From contig JBGTLG010000006.1 of assembly GCA_041744215.1 (NCBI GenBank), positions 1 to 64,000 of the forward strand: DNA of 64,000 bases, written 5' to 3'. The notes beneath the pieces are model-generated. The model was not told the DNA's origin. It ran no database searches and worked only from the letters and a program-made list of their open reading frames with translations. The stretch is from Fimbriimonadales bacterium (GTDB lineage Bacteria > Armatimonadota > Fimbriimonadia > Fimbriimonadales > ATM1). A program made the translations under genes and the position numbers. Positions 28,951 through 39,795 of the stretch are shown in pieces; the first letter of the stretch is position 1; each line of letters opens with the position of its first letter.

Positions 28951-31900
28951 ATGTCCATTTCCGTTTTTCTCGCTCCACTCCTGATCTCGCCCGTGGCGGT
29001 CAACTTGGGCGCAGACACCCTGCTTCCCATGCAAAAGCCGACCTTTAACGGCACCGAGATTGTTTTCTCGATGGCTGGAGATCTTTGGCGGGTGCCGAAG
29101 AGTGGGGGCAGCGCTGTCCGGCTAACCGCCGGCAACGGCATCGAAGCAGACCCTTCATTCTCGCCGGATGGTAAATGGGTTGCCTTCACAGGTCAATACG
29201 ACGGCAACACAGATGTGTACGTCGTTCCTGCTACAGGTGGTGAGCCAAAACGGCTCACGTTCAATCCAGAGCCGGATTACGTAAGAGGGTGGACGCCTGA
29301 CGGCCGATCGGTTCTGTATATGTCTCCGCTTCGGTCGCCGAACGGCATTCCGATGCTCTACACGGTATCGAAAGACGGCGGGCTGCCGCAGCAGCTGCCG
29401 TTTCCCGAAGGGCACCAAGGCTCGTTCGCGGCAGACGGAACTCACATCGCATACGTTCCGAAGTTTCAGTTTCAGGCAGCGTGGAAGCGGTATCGAGGCG
29501 GACAAACTTATCCGATTTGGATTGGGCGGCTGAGTGACTCTGTCGTAACAGAGATTCCACGAGACAATTCAAATGATTGGAATCCGATGTGGGTGGGCGA
29601 CAAGATCTACTTCTTGTCAGATCGAGATGGCAGGAACGAACTTTACTCGTACGACACGAATACTAAGGCGGTGCGCAAGCTCGTTAGCAACGATGGCTTT
29701 GACTTCAAGTCGGCGTCAGCTGGGCCTGGAGGAATTGTGATCGAGCGGTTTGGATCGATCCATCTGTTCGATCTCCGGACAAACCGACTCGAACGAGTTC
29801 CGATCGAAGTTTCTGCTGACTTTCCAGAAGTGCGCCCAAGATTCGTTAGTCCAGTCAACTTGATGACGTCGTTCAGCTTGTCGCCGTCTGGTGCACGAGT
29901 GGCGGTCACCGCTAGGGGCGAAGTGTTTAATGTGCCAGCGACGAAAGGCGAGACAGTCAACCTAACGCAATCCTCGGGATCGCACCAACGATTCGGATCT
30001 TGGTCACCTGACGGTAAGACGATCGCATACCTCTCGGATGAAAACGGGGACAACGAGTTAGTTCTCCATGACGTGGATGGCAACACGAAGCGATTCTTAA
30101 AGCTGGGCGATCCGCCCTCGTTCTACTATCACGCGATATGGTCCCCCGACAGCAAGAAGATTGCTTACACCGACAAGAGAGGCATTCTGTGGGTGATGGA
30201 TGTCGAGAACGGGCAATCGACGCAAGTCGATCGACAGTATTACGTGGTTGGAACGTTCTATCCGATGTCGCCGACTTGGTCACCAGACAGCAAGTGGATC
30301 GCATATGCGAAGCAATTGCAAAACATGCTGGGTGGGATATGCATCTACTCGGTGGAGAATCGGAAGTTTGTCCAGATAACGGACGGAATGAGCGATGCGT
30401 CGTACCCAGCATTTGATGCGAGTGGGAAGTACCTTTACTTCCTTGCAAGCACTGACTCTGGCCGGAACGCAGGCTTCCTCGACATGACCAGCATAGCGAA
30501 CGTCAACTCGACAAGCAGCGTGTATCTGGCAGTATTGAGAAACGACTTGCCTTCTCCACTATTGCCGGAAGACGAGGGTGAAGGCGCATTCGCAAAGCCA
30601 GAGGCACCCAAGACCGAGCCTGCTGACGTACGAATTGATTTCGATGGCATCGATCAGAGAACGATTGCCCTCCCCATACCTGCCAGGAACTTCGTCTCGC
30701 TCGCGGCGGCGACGGCAGGAACGATATTCATCGCGGAAGTGGACCCGATCCTGAGCCTGACGTCTTTCGGTGGTGGCGGCGTCAGCCTATCGAAGTTCGA
30801 CCTCGGCAGTCGCCAGGTGACTCCGTTCGCCAGGTCCATAACGGGTTACACACTCACTCCGAACGGACAAAAGATGCTGCTGGCCCAAGGGCCTACCTTG
30901 TCGGTCGTGCCAACCGCAGCACCGCCGCAACCTGGTCAAGGTGCGGTCAGTTTGACGCGCATGCAGATGCGGATTGATCCGCGCGCAGAGTGGCGACAAA
31001 TCTTCCGCGAAGCGCTCCGGCTTCAGCGGGATTTCTTCTACGCTCCGAATCACCACGGCGTCAATCTCAATGCTCTGGAAGCAAAGTACGAACCCGCGCT
31101 CGATGGAATCATGAGTCGCGCAGACCTGAACTACCTGCTGATTGATATGCTCGGAGAGTTGTCCATAGGCCACATGTACATTGGTGGCGGTGACATTCCT
31201 GGGATCCAAGGTGTGCCGGGTGGATTGCTAGGTGCAGACTATGAGGTAACGGAAGGCCGGTATCGATTCAAGACTGTTTACAACGGAGAAAGTTGGAATC
31301 CAAATCTCCGCGCGCCTTTGACTCAGCCAGGGGTCAACGTGAAAGTCGGCGAATATCTCATTTCCGTGAACGGAAAGAACGTTACGTCGTCCGACAACAT
31401 CTACGCTGTGTTTGAGAACACGGCAAATCGCCAAACAAAAATCAAAGTCGGCTGGCGTCCCGATGGATCGGATGCTCGTGAAGTCGTGGTCGTCCCAGTC
31501 GCAAGCGAAGCGGGTCTGCGCTCGATTGCTTGGGTCGAAGGAAATCGAAGAAAAGTCGAAGAGCTAAGTGGAGGCAAGGTTGGCTATGTTCACCTTCCAG
31601 ACACTGCGCTCGGCGGGTTCACCAGCTTCAATCGGTACTACTTTGCCCAGGTCGGCAAAGGCGGGATGGTTGTTGACGAGCGCTTCAATGGCGGCGGGCT
31701 TGTTGCCGATTGGATTGTCGACATGATGCGCCGACCTCTGAAGAGCTATTGGACGGGGCGAGACGGCGTTGACTTCACTTCCCCAGCGCAGTCGGTCTTT
31801 GGCCCCAAGGCGATGATCGCAAACGAGTATGCCGGCTCGGGCGGCGACTACCTTCCGTGGCTGTTCCGAGAACATAAGGTCGGCCCACTCGTCGGAAAGC

Positions 31901-32196
31901 GAACTTGGGGCGGTCTGGTTGGGATCGGAGGAACGCCGAACATCATCGACGGTGGAATGGTTACGTCTCCCAGCTTTGGCTTCTGGAATCCAGATGGTAC
32001 GTGGGACATCGAAAACTATGGCACCGCGCCGGACATTGAAGTGGAGATGGATCCCGCACTTTGGCGGCGTGGTCGCGATCCTCAACTTGAGCGTGCTGTC
32101 AAAGAAGTGATGGATGCGCTGGCTAGAAATCCGCTTCCTAAACACACTCGGCCTGCATGGCCAGACAAGCGAAAACCAGAAGTTCGTAGGAAGTGA
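28951..32196 (+). CDS. Tricorn protease (S41 family)
   Basis: PD40 propeller repeats, GELSIGHMY, GLLGADY, PDZ, DERFNGGG, AGSGGD (catalytic Ser), GKRTWGG, PDIEVE; start at MSISVF after GGAGG. Confidence 0.95.
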   Translation: MSISVFLAPLLISPVAVNLGADTLLPMQKPTFNGTEIVFSMAGDLWRVPKSGGSAVRLTAGNGIEADPSFSPDGKWVAFTGQYDGNTDVYVVPATGGEPKRLTFNPEPDYVRGWTPDGRSVLYMSPLRSPNGIPMLYTVSKDGGLPQQLPFPEGHQGSFAADGTHIAYVPKFQFQAAWKRYRGGQTYPIWIGRLSDSVVTEIPRDNSNDWNPMWVGDKIYFLSDRDGRNELYSYDTNTKAVRKLVSNDGFDFKSASAGPGGIVIERFGSIHLFDLRTNRLERVPIEVSADFPEVRPRFVSPVNLMTSFSLSPSGARVAVTARGEVFNVPATKGETVNLTQSSGSHQRFGSWSPDGKTIAYLSDENGDNELVLHDVDGNTKRFLKLGDPPSFYYHAIWSPDSKKIAYTDKRGILWVMDVENGQSTQVDRQYYVVGTFYPMSPTWSPDSKWIAYAKQLQNMLGGICIYSVENRKFVQITDGMSDASYPAFDASGKYLYFLASTDSGRNAGFLDMTSIANVNSTSSVYLAVLRNDLPSPLLPEDEGEGAFAKPEAPKTEPADVRIDFDGIDQRTIALPIPARNFVSLAAATAGTIFIAEVDPILSLTSFGGGGVSLSKFDLGSRQVTPFARSITGYTLTPNGQKMLLAQGPTLSVVPTAAPPQPGQGAVSLTRMQMRIDPRAEWRQIFREALRLQRDFFYAPNHHGVNLNALEAKYEPALDGIMSRADLNYLLIDMLGELSIGHMYIGGGDIPGIQGVPGGLLGADYEVTEGRYRFKTVYNGESWNPNLRAPLTQPGVNVKVGEYLISVNGKNVTSSDNIYAVFENTANRQTKIKVGWRPDGSDAREVVVVPVASEAGLRSIAWVEGNRRKVEELSGGKVGYVHLPDTALGGFTSFNRYYFAQVGKGGMVVDERFNGGGLVADWIVDMMRRPLKSYWTGRDGVDFTSPAQSVFGPKAMIANEYAGSGGDYLPWLFREHKVGPLVGKRTWGGLVGIGGTPNIIDGGMVTSPSFGFWNPDGTWDIENYGTAPDIEVEMDPALWRRGRDPQLERAVKEVMDALARNPLPKHTRPAWPDKRKPEVRRK

Positions 32197-32225
32197 AGGA
32201 CGGCGAAGTATAATCGGAGTTCCGC

Positions 32226-32299
32226 TGGCGGATCGTCCAAGGGCAGGACACCAGGTTTTGGCTCTGGGAATCTAGGTTCGAATCCTAGTCCGCCAGCCA
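32226..32299 (+). tRNA. tRNA-Gln (anticodon TTG)
   Basis: Acceptor TGGCGGA/TCCGCCA, anticodon arm CCAGG-TTTTGGC-TCTGG, T arm CTAGG-TTCGAAT-CCTAG, encoded CCA; TATAAT upstream. Confidence 0.97.
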
Positions 32300-32336
32300 C
32301 TCTGATTAGGTTAACTCGCAGGTAGCATGGATCACC

Positions 32337-34700
32337 GTGCTCGCCACGATCTTTGCTCCGATGCTCATGCTCCAGCCCTGCGAATCTGGACAAACCCGCG
32401 CCATGCCAAATCTTGATCCAGTCTCCTTCGAGCGCGTCGTGATCGCCGACAAGTTTTGGTCGCCCAGGCTTGCGACTTTGCGTAAGAAGACTCTTCCACA
32501 TCAGTTCGAGATGCTTGAAAAGCATCATTACGAGCGCAACTTCAATCTTGCGATCTCCGGCGCGACCGAAGGCTTTCATGGGTTTGTGTTTCACGACTCC
32601 GACGTTTACAAGGTTCTTGAAGCAGCCTCCCTGTCGCTCGCGACAGTGCGTGAGCCTGACGTAGAGGCAGAGATCGACAAGTGGATCGAGGTCATCGGTC
32701 GCGCTCAGATGTCAGATGGCTACGTGAATACGCATTTTCAGATAGGCAAGATTGACCAACGCTGGAAGAATCTTCGAGATCAACACGAGCTTTATTGCGC
32801 TGGACATCTGATCGAGGCCGCTGTTGCGCACTTTCGCGCTACTGGAAAGAGATCGCTTCTCGATATCGGCATTCGATTCGCTGATCTGATAGACTCTCGC
32901 TTTGGGGCAGGCAAGACCGATGGCTATCCCGGACATCCGGAGCTCGAGCTCGCTCTCATAAAACTGTACGACGTGACTGGTGAGAAGAAGTATTTCGACT
33001 TAGCAAGGCACTTTATTGTTCAACGGGGAACGACATTCTTCGCTGCGGAACATAACACACCTCTCGATCGTTACGAAGGATCGTACTGGCAAGATCGTGT
33101 GCCCATCAAGGAGTGGGACGTTATCGAAGGTCACGCCGTGCGTGCGACTTATCTGCTTTCCGCTATCGTAGATGTCGTAAGAAAAGAGTTTGACGCGGAT
33201 CTCGAAGCGATGTTGCAGCGAGTGTGGAGGAGCGCGGCGCTGCGCCGCACCTACGTTACTGGCGGAATCGGATCATCAGGAAGCAATGAGGGGTTTACAA
33301 CCGATTACGATTTGCCGAACGCGACCGCATATCAGGAGACATGCGCATCGATTGCAATGGCGATGTGGAATCATCGCATGGGGCTACTTTACGGTGATGC
33401 GAAGTATCTTGATGTTGTCGAAACTGCTCTTTACAATGCTGCACTCTCAGGAATCTCTCTGGATGGAGAGCACTTTTTCTACGCAAACCCGCTCGAAAGC
33501 AGGGGCCAGCACCGCAGGCCCGAATGGTATTCGTGCGCGTGCTGCCCGCCAAACATTGCGAGGACGCTGGCGCAAATCGGCGGATACGCCTACGCATCCT
33601 CAGCGGATGGCCTGTGGGTGAACCTTTACATAGCCGGTCAAGCACAGTGCAATGTTGGAGATGTGCCTGTAAATCTCAAGTGCGAGACTGAATACCCGTG
33701 GGAGGGCGAAGTGAAGCTGACTCTTGAGTTGCAGAGTCCGGCGTCGTTCGCGTTGCGGCTGAGGATTCCGAGTTGGGGAGCGGGATATCGCTACTCGGTG
33801 AACGGCAATCCTATCTCAAAGGTTTCTGAAGCGAACGGATACCTTGTCCTCGAGAGAGAGTGGAGCAGTGGCGACATCGTTACCTTGTCATTACCTCTCG
33901 AAGTACGTCAGGTCGAAGCGCATCCCCTTGTCACAGACAATGTAGGAAAGTTAGCGATTGCTCGCGGCCCCATTATCTATTGCCTCGAAGGTGTCGATCA
34001 CGAGAAGCATCTATCGAGGATTTCGATTCCTGCCAACCCAACGTTTGAGACTGGTTGGTCGAGTGAACTTGGTGGCTTTGTCGAAGTGAGGACAATTGGA
34101 TTCGCAAGTCCTCAGCTGGATTGGGGAGGCGGTCTCTATCGCACTGCAGACATTCCTGACCGAATTGACATCCGTGCAGTTCCTTATCACCTGTGGGCGA
34201 ATCGTGACCAAAGCGAGATGCAAGTTTGGATACCAACCTCTCCGCCTTCGCCAATTGTCGGCGGGCCGGAGCTGCGCGCTCAAGTCGCGGTCTCGTTCCA
34301 CAGCGATTGGGCAAATCCAATAGGCGTCAACGACGGCAAGACTCCAAAGAAATCCGCAGATCATCCTGGGGAACTCTGCCACTTTTGGCCGAACAAAGGC
34401 GGAACCGAGTGGGTCCAGTACTCTTGGAAGACGCCGATAAGCGCGGTTGGAGCGCGTGTGTATTGGTTTGATGACACAGGTCGTGGTGAATGTCGACCAC
34501 CCGACTCATGGCGGCTCGAGTATCTAGAAGAGGGCGAGTGGAAGTCAATTCCAGCGAATTACTCTGTCGCGCTCGACGAGTGGTGCGAGGTGAAATTCGC
34601 AGAGATCAATACTTCGGCAATACGCCTCATCGTGAATCAACAGGAGAGTTGGTCGGTTGGCATTCACGAATGGCAGATCGTTTCTCCGGAGGAGGATTAG
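32337..34700 (+). CDS. GH127 beta-L-arabinofuranosidase-like glycoside hydrolase with extra C-terminal beta-sandwich domain
   Basis: DSDVYKVLEA, HELYCAGHLIEAAVA, GHPELELAL, GHAVRA, EGF, ETCAS, CACCPPN. Confidence 0.92.
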   Translation: MLATIFAPMLMLQPCESGQTRAMPNLDPVSFERVVIADKFWSPRLATLRKKTLPHQFEMLEKHHYERNFNLAISGATEGFHGFVFHDSDVYKVLEAASLSLATVREPDVEAEIDKWIEVIGRAQMSDGYVNTHFQIGKIDQRWKNLRDQHELYCAGHLIEAAVAHFRATGKRSLLDIGIRFADLIDSRFGAGKTDGYPGHPELELALIKLYDVTGEKKYFDLARHFIVQRGTTFFAAEHNTPLDRYEGSYWQDRVPIKEWDVIEGHAVRATYLLSAIVDVVRKEFDADLEAMLQRVWRSAALRRTYVTGGIGSSGSNEGFTTDYDLPNATAYQETCASIAMAMWNHRMGLLYGDAKYLDVVETALYNAALSGISLDGEHFFYANPLESRGQHRRPEWYSCACCPPNIARTLAQIGGYAYASSADGLWVNLYIAGQAQCNVGDVPVNLKCETEYPWEGEVKLTLELQSPASFALRLRIPSWGAGYRYSVNGNPISKVSEANGYLVLEREWSSGDIVTLSLPLEVRQVEAHPLVTDNVGKLAIARGPIIYCLEGVDHEKHLSRISIPANPTFETGWSSELGGFVEVRTIGFASPQLDWGGGLYRTADIPDRIDIRAVPYHLWANRDQSEMQVWIPTSPPSPIVGGPELRAQVAVSFHSDWANPIGVNDGKTPKKSADHPGELCHFWPNKGGTEWVQYSWKTPISAVGARVYWFDDTGRGECRPPDSWRLEYLEEGEWKSIPANYSVALDEWCEVKFAEINTSAIRLIVNQQESWSVGIHEWQIVSPEED

Positions 34701-34707
34701 CCGGCCT

Positions 34708-37700
34708 GTGTGGCTTGCGGCACTAATAGTTATGAATCCCGGGGTCCTCGGCGCGCCGTACCGATTGCTTGTGGACGGGCTCGATGATCCGCTTGGTGTT
34801 GTGAGCCGGCAGCCACAGTTTTCGTGGTGGCTCAGCGATGCGAGGAACGGTGCCCGGCAGTCTGCTTACCGTATTCAGGTCTCAAAATCGAAGAGTTTCG
34901 GCAGCGAGCTTCTATGGGATTCGGGGAAAGTACCTCGCGAAGAGTCAGTTTGGGTTCGCTACGAGGGAGCTCCGCTTGTTAGTGGAACGCGCGCATTCTG
35001 GCGAGTCATGGTCTGGACCGCGACAAATGAAGAGTCGCCCTGGAGTGAGATAGGCGAGTTTGGCGTCGGATTGCTGAAAGAAACGGATTGGTCGGCAAAG
35101 TGGGTTGGAGATTCCACGCCTGCGCCACAGCACGGACGCGCGCACAACGGATTTCATTCGCGAATGACTCGTGGTCCGAACGATACCAAGTGGGTCGCCA
35201 TCGACCTCGGATCGATATGCTCCGTAGATGGAGTCAGGCTTTGGCCGGCACGTCCGTATGACTGGATCAGGGACGAGCCAGGATTCTTGTTCCCCTTGCG
35301 ATACCGAATTGAGGTTGCGAAGCGAGAGGATTTTGCAGATGCATCCGTCGTCTTCGATCACACGCTTTCAGATGTCAGCAATCCGGGAACGCTTCCTGCA
35401 GAGCACCGCTTTTCGGCAGCCGAAGCGAGATATGTTCGCTTAGTTGTGACTCGATTGTCCCAGCGGAACGACGGCGAGTTTGGGCTCGCGCTTGCCGAGC
35501 TGGAAGTCTTATCCGGGGCCACGAATGTCGCGATCAACGCTTCTGTCTCAGCATCCGACTTCCTGCATGAAGGAGGGTGGTCGCCACAGAATCTAACCGA
35601 TGGAGACACAACAAGCCATCCTGTATTCGGCTACGAAGCGCTCCCCGCACCGATGTTTCGCAAAGAGTTTGTTGCGAGCGCTTTTTCTCGAGCGACGTTG
35701 CATATCACAGCTCTGGGATTTTATAAGGCAGTAATCAACGGCGCTCGTGTCAATATCTCTGGTCTGTCGCCAGATTGGACAGACTACAACAAGCGCGTAC
35801 TCGTCCAGATGTATGATGTGACCCCGCTTTTGCGCGAGGGATCGAATGCGATCGGCGTCGTACTCGGCGACGGATGGTACGCAGGGCGCCTGGGAATGGC
35901 CGCGCACGTAGTGCCAGGTGGGCCGCCTCGAGGCATCTACGGACGACTGCCCCTGTTGCGCCTACAACTTGACATCGAACGGAGCGACGGATCGCTGACT
36001 CGCGTTGTCTCGGACGAAACGTGGCGTTCCAACCTCGACGGGCCAGTTCGGTCGTCCGATCTGCTCGACGGTGAGGTTTACGACGCGCGAAAAGTGGTTG
36101 TCGGGTGGGATCAGATCGGATTCGATGATCGGGGCTGGCAAACCGTCAGCGTGAAGAACGTATCTGTAGCTTGCGAGCCGCAGCCTAACGAACCCATCAG
36201 AAAAACAGTGGAGGTTGCTGCGGTAGCAGTTTCGGAGCCGCGACCGGGTGTTTACGTTTTCGACCTGGGTCAGAACCTCGTCGGTTGGTGCCGGCTGAAA
36301 CTTCGTGCAGCACGAGGGGCGAAGGTAGTTTTAAGGCACGCAGAAGCAGTGAACGACGACGGAACGCTCTACACTGCGAATCTCCGGGGCGCGCCGCAAA
36401 CAGATACATTCATTGCAGCCGGAGTTAATGAAGAAACGTTTGAACCAACATTCACGCAGCATGGTTTCCGATATGTGGAGGTGACGGGCCTCGACTACAA
36501 ACCGTTGAGCCAAGACCTGGCAGCGGTCGTCGTACATTCAGACAGCAAGGTGATCGGCAGCTTTGAGTGTTCGGACGAATCGCTCAACAAGCTTTGGCAA
36601 AACGTGCTGTGGACGCAACGAGCCAACCTGATGAGCATCCCAACCGACTGCCCCCAGCGCGACGAGCGACTCGGGTGGATGGGCGACATCTTGTCGTTTG
36701 GTCAGACTGCCTTCTTCAACATGGATCTCGGTCCTTTCATGCGCAAGTGGCTGCAGGACGTGCGAGACGCACAGGCGGACGATGGTCGATTCGCAGACAT
36801 ATCTCCTCATCCCTACGGTCGAAACGAGCGATTTACGGGCGCGCCGGGATGGGGCGACGCTGGCGTCGGAGTACCGTGGACCGCTTGGGTCAATACTGCC
36901 GACCGCACACACATAGAGAAGCAGTACGAAGCAGCAAAGCGTTGGGTCGACCACATTACTTCCGAGAATTCAGACCTAATCTGGAGGAAGAGCAGGGGAA
37001 ACGACTATGGAGATTGGCTGAATGGCGACACCCTAATCTTTGAGGGTTGGCCACGTACGGGAGGGGAAGTTCCGAAGGAAGTGTTCGCCACAATCATGTT
37101 CGCGCGATCCGCTCAGATCGTGGAACGGATGTCCGGCATATTAGGAAAGCCATCTGGAGATCTTGCGGACCGTATCAAGTCTGCTTTCCAATCTCAGTTT
37201 GTTGGCAGCGATGGCGCGATGCCGGGGGACACTCAAGCTGGCTACGCACTTGCTCTCTATTACGGGCTGATTCCAGAAGAGCTGAGCGAGAAGGTGTTCG
37301 GTCGCTTGGTGGACGCGATTGAACGCGCAGGTACTAAGTTGACAACTGGGTTTCTTTCGACATTGCCAGCAATGATGGTGCTCTCTGAGTTCGGCAGGAG
37401 TGATCTTGCTTACCAGCTGATTCTCAATCGCGAGTTCCCGGGCTGGCTTTACAGCGTTGACAATGGAGCGACGACAATCTGGGAGAGGTGGGACGGATAT
37501 GTCAAAGGTCGCGGATTTCAGGATCCGGGAATGAACTCCCTCAATCACTGGGCGTTCGGCGCGGTCGGCGAGTGGATGATGAAGACAATCATTGGAATCA
37601 GCCCTGATGAAGATGAAGTCGGTTACAAGCGGTTCCATATCACGACAAAGCCCGGAGGAAACTTGACGTGGGCGAGGGGCTCACTTGAGACTCCGTTTGG

Positions 37701-37842
37701 CCGCATAAAGATTGAGTGGACAGTCGACGGTGCTGAGTATCGGATGAGCGTTGTGGTTCCGCCGAACTCGACCGCGATCATTGAGAGGACTGGGCAAGTG
37801 TTGCCCCCGGGGCGTCATGAGTTGCGTTTTCCGATCGACTAA
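34708..37842 (+). CDS. GH78 alpha-L-rhamnosidase with inserted F5/8-type C (discoidin-like) domain
   Basis: QSAYRIQV, WDSGKV, FDLGQNLVG, GFRYVEV, PTDCPQRDERLGWMGD, GATTIWERWD, MNSLNH; insert WVAIDLG...ARYVRL...LAELEV. Start GTG 34708 after GGAGGAGG. Confidence 0.93.
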   Translation: MWLAALIVMNPGVLGAPYRLLVDGLDDPLGVVSRQPQFSWWLSDARNGARQSAYRIQVSKSKSFGSELLWDSGKVPREESVWVRYEGAPLVSGTRAFWRVMVWTATNEESPWSEIGEFGVGLLKETDWSAKWVGDSTPAPQHGRAHNGFHSRMTRGPNDTKWVAIDLGSICSVDGVRLWPARPYDWIRDEPGFLFPLRYRIEVAKREDFADASVVFDHTLSDVSNPGTLPAEHRFSAAEARYVRLVVTRLSQRNDGEFGLALAELEVLSGATNVAINASVSASDFLHEGGWSPQNLTDGDTTSHPVFGYEALPAPMFRKEFVASAFSRATLHITALGFYKAVINGARVNISGLSPDWTDYNKRVLVQMYDVTPLLREGSNAIGVVLGDGWYAGRLGMAAHVVPGGPPRGIYGRLPLLRLQLDIERSDGSLTRVVSDETWRSNLDGPVRSSDLLDGEVYDARKVVVGWDQIGFDDRGWQTVSVKNVSVACEPQPNEPIRKTVEVAAVAVSEPRPGVYVFDLGQNLVGWCRLKLRAARGAKVVLRHAEAVNDDGTLYTANLRGAPQTDTFIAAGVNEETFEPTFTQHGFRYVEVTGLDYKPLSQDLAAVVVHSDSKVIGSFECSDESLNKLWQNVLWTQRANLMSIPTDCPQRDERLGWMGDILSFGQTAFFNMDLGPFMRKWLQDVRDAQADDGRFADISPHPYGRNERFTGAPGWGDAGVGVPWTAWVNTADRTHIEKQYEAAKRWVDHITSENSDLIWRKSRGNDYGDWLNGDTLIFEGWPRTGGEVPKEVFATIMFARSAQIVERMSGILGKPSGDLADRIKSAFQSQFVGSDGAMPGDTQAGYALALYYGLIPEELSEKVFGRLVDAIERAGTKLTTGFLSTLPAMMVLSEFGRSDLAYQLILNREFPGWLYSVDNGATTIWERWDGYVKGRGFQDPGMNSLNHWAFGAVGEWMMKTIIGISPDEDEVGYKRFHITTKPGGNLTWARGSLETPFGRIKIEWTVDGAEYRMSVVVPPNSTAIIERTGQVLPPGRHELRFPID

Positions 37843-37865
37843 TCAGCAATACTCGTGGGGTAAGG

Positions 37866-38768
37866 ATGGACATTCTTCGGTCGCTATTCGGTAACCGCGA
37901 ACCAAGCCCCGAATGGTCGTTAACGCTCGGCCGCGAAGGGTGCCTACGCTTTCTCGCCATCTTGCGCCGACGCCTGGAACGAGAGGAGCGAAAGTATGTC
38001 ATTCAACCTCATGCAGGATGCGTTTATCCGGTTGACGATCCAGAGCAACGGTTCAGTTTGCAAGACCTCGCGCAAATCTGCGCGCGCAACGGGGGGCGCG
38101 ATTGGGTTGAGATTATTGACGAACATGTAACGCGCCTACTGAAGTGGGATTCGATTTCGGCTTCACTTCCGGACGACTTCGAAGACGCGAGGCATTTACT
38201 CTTGCCCAAACTGCTTCCTCACAATCCGACTGGCGACCAAACCGTCGCGGTCGCCGTTTGCCAAGGACTTTCCGCAATCGTCTTCGTGGATCTACCGCAG
38301 GCAATAGTCGGGCTCAAGCCTGACGCGGCCGAGCGATGGGGACAATCGCCCGACGATCTCTACGCAATCGCGCTCGAGAATCTTTGGAGGAGTCCAAGAT
38401 TTGATCCGGTGACTTATCCTCACAGCGAAGGTGTGACCTACGCTGTTACGGATCATCAGAACTACTTTGTTGCGTCGCATGTGCTGCAGCTGAATCGCTA
38501 TCTGTTCCCCGAGCCAGAGTGGGGCGCGCTGCTTGCAATCCCCAATCGCCACACATTTTTCTATGAGCCTATCGAAGGCCGCGTGTCATCGCTGACTGTT
38601 CAGAGACTCTCAAGTCTTGCGCAACACGGATACGTCACAGGTCCAGGATCGATCACCTCACGACTGTTTTGGAACCGAGGCGGACAGATCATTGCGCTCG
38701 ATGTTGAAGATCACGCGCGGATCGTTGGGCCAGACGAAGTGAAAGAGACACCACTCATTTCCTACTAA
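37866..38768 (+). CDS. Hypothetical protein (DUF1444-like)
   Basis: VDLP, WG..DDLYAIALENL, GALLAIPNRH, GPGSITSRLFW; family call tentative. Confidence 0.6.
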   Translation: MDILRSLFGNREPSPEWSLTLGREGCLRFLAILRRRLEREERKYVIQPHAGCVYPVDDPEQRFSLQDLAQICARNGGRDWVEIIDEHVTRLLKWDSISASLPDDFEDARHLLLPKLLPHNPTGDQTVAVAVCQGLSAIVFVDLPQAIVGLKPDAAERWGQSPDDLYAIALENLWRSPRFDPVTYPHSEGVTYAVTDHQNYFVASHVLQLNRYLFPEPEWGALLAIPNRHTFFYEPIEGRVSSLTVQRLSSLAQHGYVTGPGSITSRLFWNRGGQIIALDVEDHARIVGPDEVKETPLISY

Positions 38769-39693
38769 ACTGTTTAAAGAAACTCCATAGTTCAACTGTC
38801 GCATCGAACGTCTTGATCTTTCTCCCAATCAGGTTCTCCGGCAAACCTGCTTCGTCACCACCGGGCCATCCATGGCCATGGCCCTCGATGTATACGACAC
38901 GGAGAAATGTCCCCTCCTTGCCCGGTGAATATTCCTCCACCTTCAACCCCGGCTTCGATTCAATGAGTCTAGGCTCCGTAGGCGCACCGATTGCCTTTGC
39001 CCACGTCTCCAGCCAATCCTTCACCGGTCCGGTGGTTCGCTTTCCCCAAGGCAACGTTGACTCTCCACCCTCGAGCGGCACTAGCGGGTCGCTTGTTCCA
39101 ATGACATAGAGTGTCGGCAGCGGCTGCTTTGGCTTCGGAGTCTCGATGGCGAGCTGTCCGGCGACCGGCGCGATCGCGGCAAACCGCTCGGGTATCTCCG
39201 CCGCGAGCTTGAAAGTCATCCCTGCGCCATTCGAATGTCCGCAAACATAGATGCGATTCTCGTCGATCTTGCTCTTTTTGATCGTCTCGTCGATCATCGC
39301 AGAAATCGCCGCCACGTCGTCGAGTTGCGTTCGTGGCGAATTGGCATTAAGTTGTCCGGAATTCCAGACACGTGGGTTTGTCAGGAAGTTTGGGCTAAGC
39401 CGCGGCCGGGAAGGCAGTCCGGTCGGGGCTAAAACGGCGAAACCTTCCTTATCCGAAAGCTCGCTCCACCCGTTGTTGGACAAGTAGCGTATCCCGTCCC
39501 CACCTGCTCCGTGCAAAACGATGACGAGAGGCATCGGATCTGTGGCGACTCTTGGTATGTGGACGTGATACGTCCAATCGAAGCCCTGATGCCTGAGGGT
39601 GAGTTCGTGGGTGCCGGGGGCAAGTACGCCATCTTGAAGAGGAGCGTCAGCGCAGCCGGCGGAGAGGGCCAAGATGGCGGCAAACAGCTTCAT
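38755..39693 (-). CDS. LpqC/PHB-depolymerase family alpha/beta-hydrolase esterase, probable lipoprotein
   Basis: LSAGC lipobox, PLVIVLHG, DDVA, GHSNGAGM nucleophile elbow, GTSDPLVP, GHGWPG. Confidence 0.9.
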   Translation of the reverse strand: MKLFAAILALSAGCADAPLQDGVLAPGTHELTLRHQGFDWTYHVHIPRVATDPMPLVIVLHGAGGDGIRYLSNNGWSELSDKEGFAVLAPTGLPSRPRLSPNFLTNPRVWNSGQLNANSPRTQLDDVAAISAMIDETIKKSKIDENRIYVCGHSNGAGMTFKLAAEIPERFAAIAPVAGQLAIETPKPKQPLPTLYVIGTSDPLVPLEGGESTLPWGKRTTGPVKDWLETWAKAIGAPTEPRLIESKPGLKVEEYSPGKEGTFLRVVYIEGHGHGWPGGDEAGLPENLIGRKIKTFDATVELWSFFKQFSRK

Positions 39694-39795
39694 TCTCAGA
39701 TGGGACGAATTTTGACCAAGGTAGTTCTCCGAATGGGTCTACGGCCCCAGAGTGCAGGTCTGGGCAGATGCACCGACAATAAACTATAGTTCCGA

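Noticed and set aside
32226-37842. Genomic island integrated at tRNA-Gln or tRNA-Leu
   Set aside because: No duplicated tRNA 3-prime end and no integrase were seen in the window.
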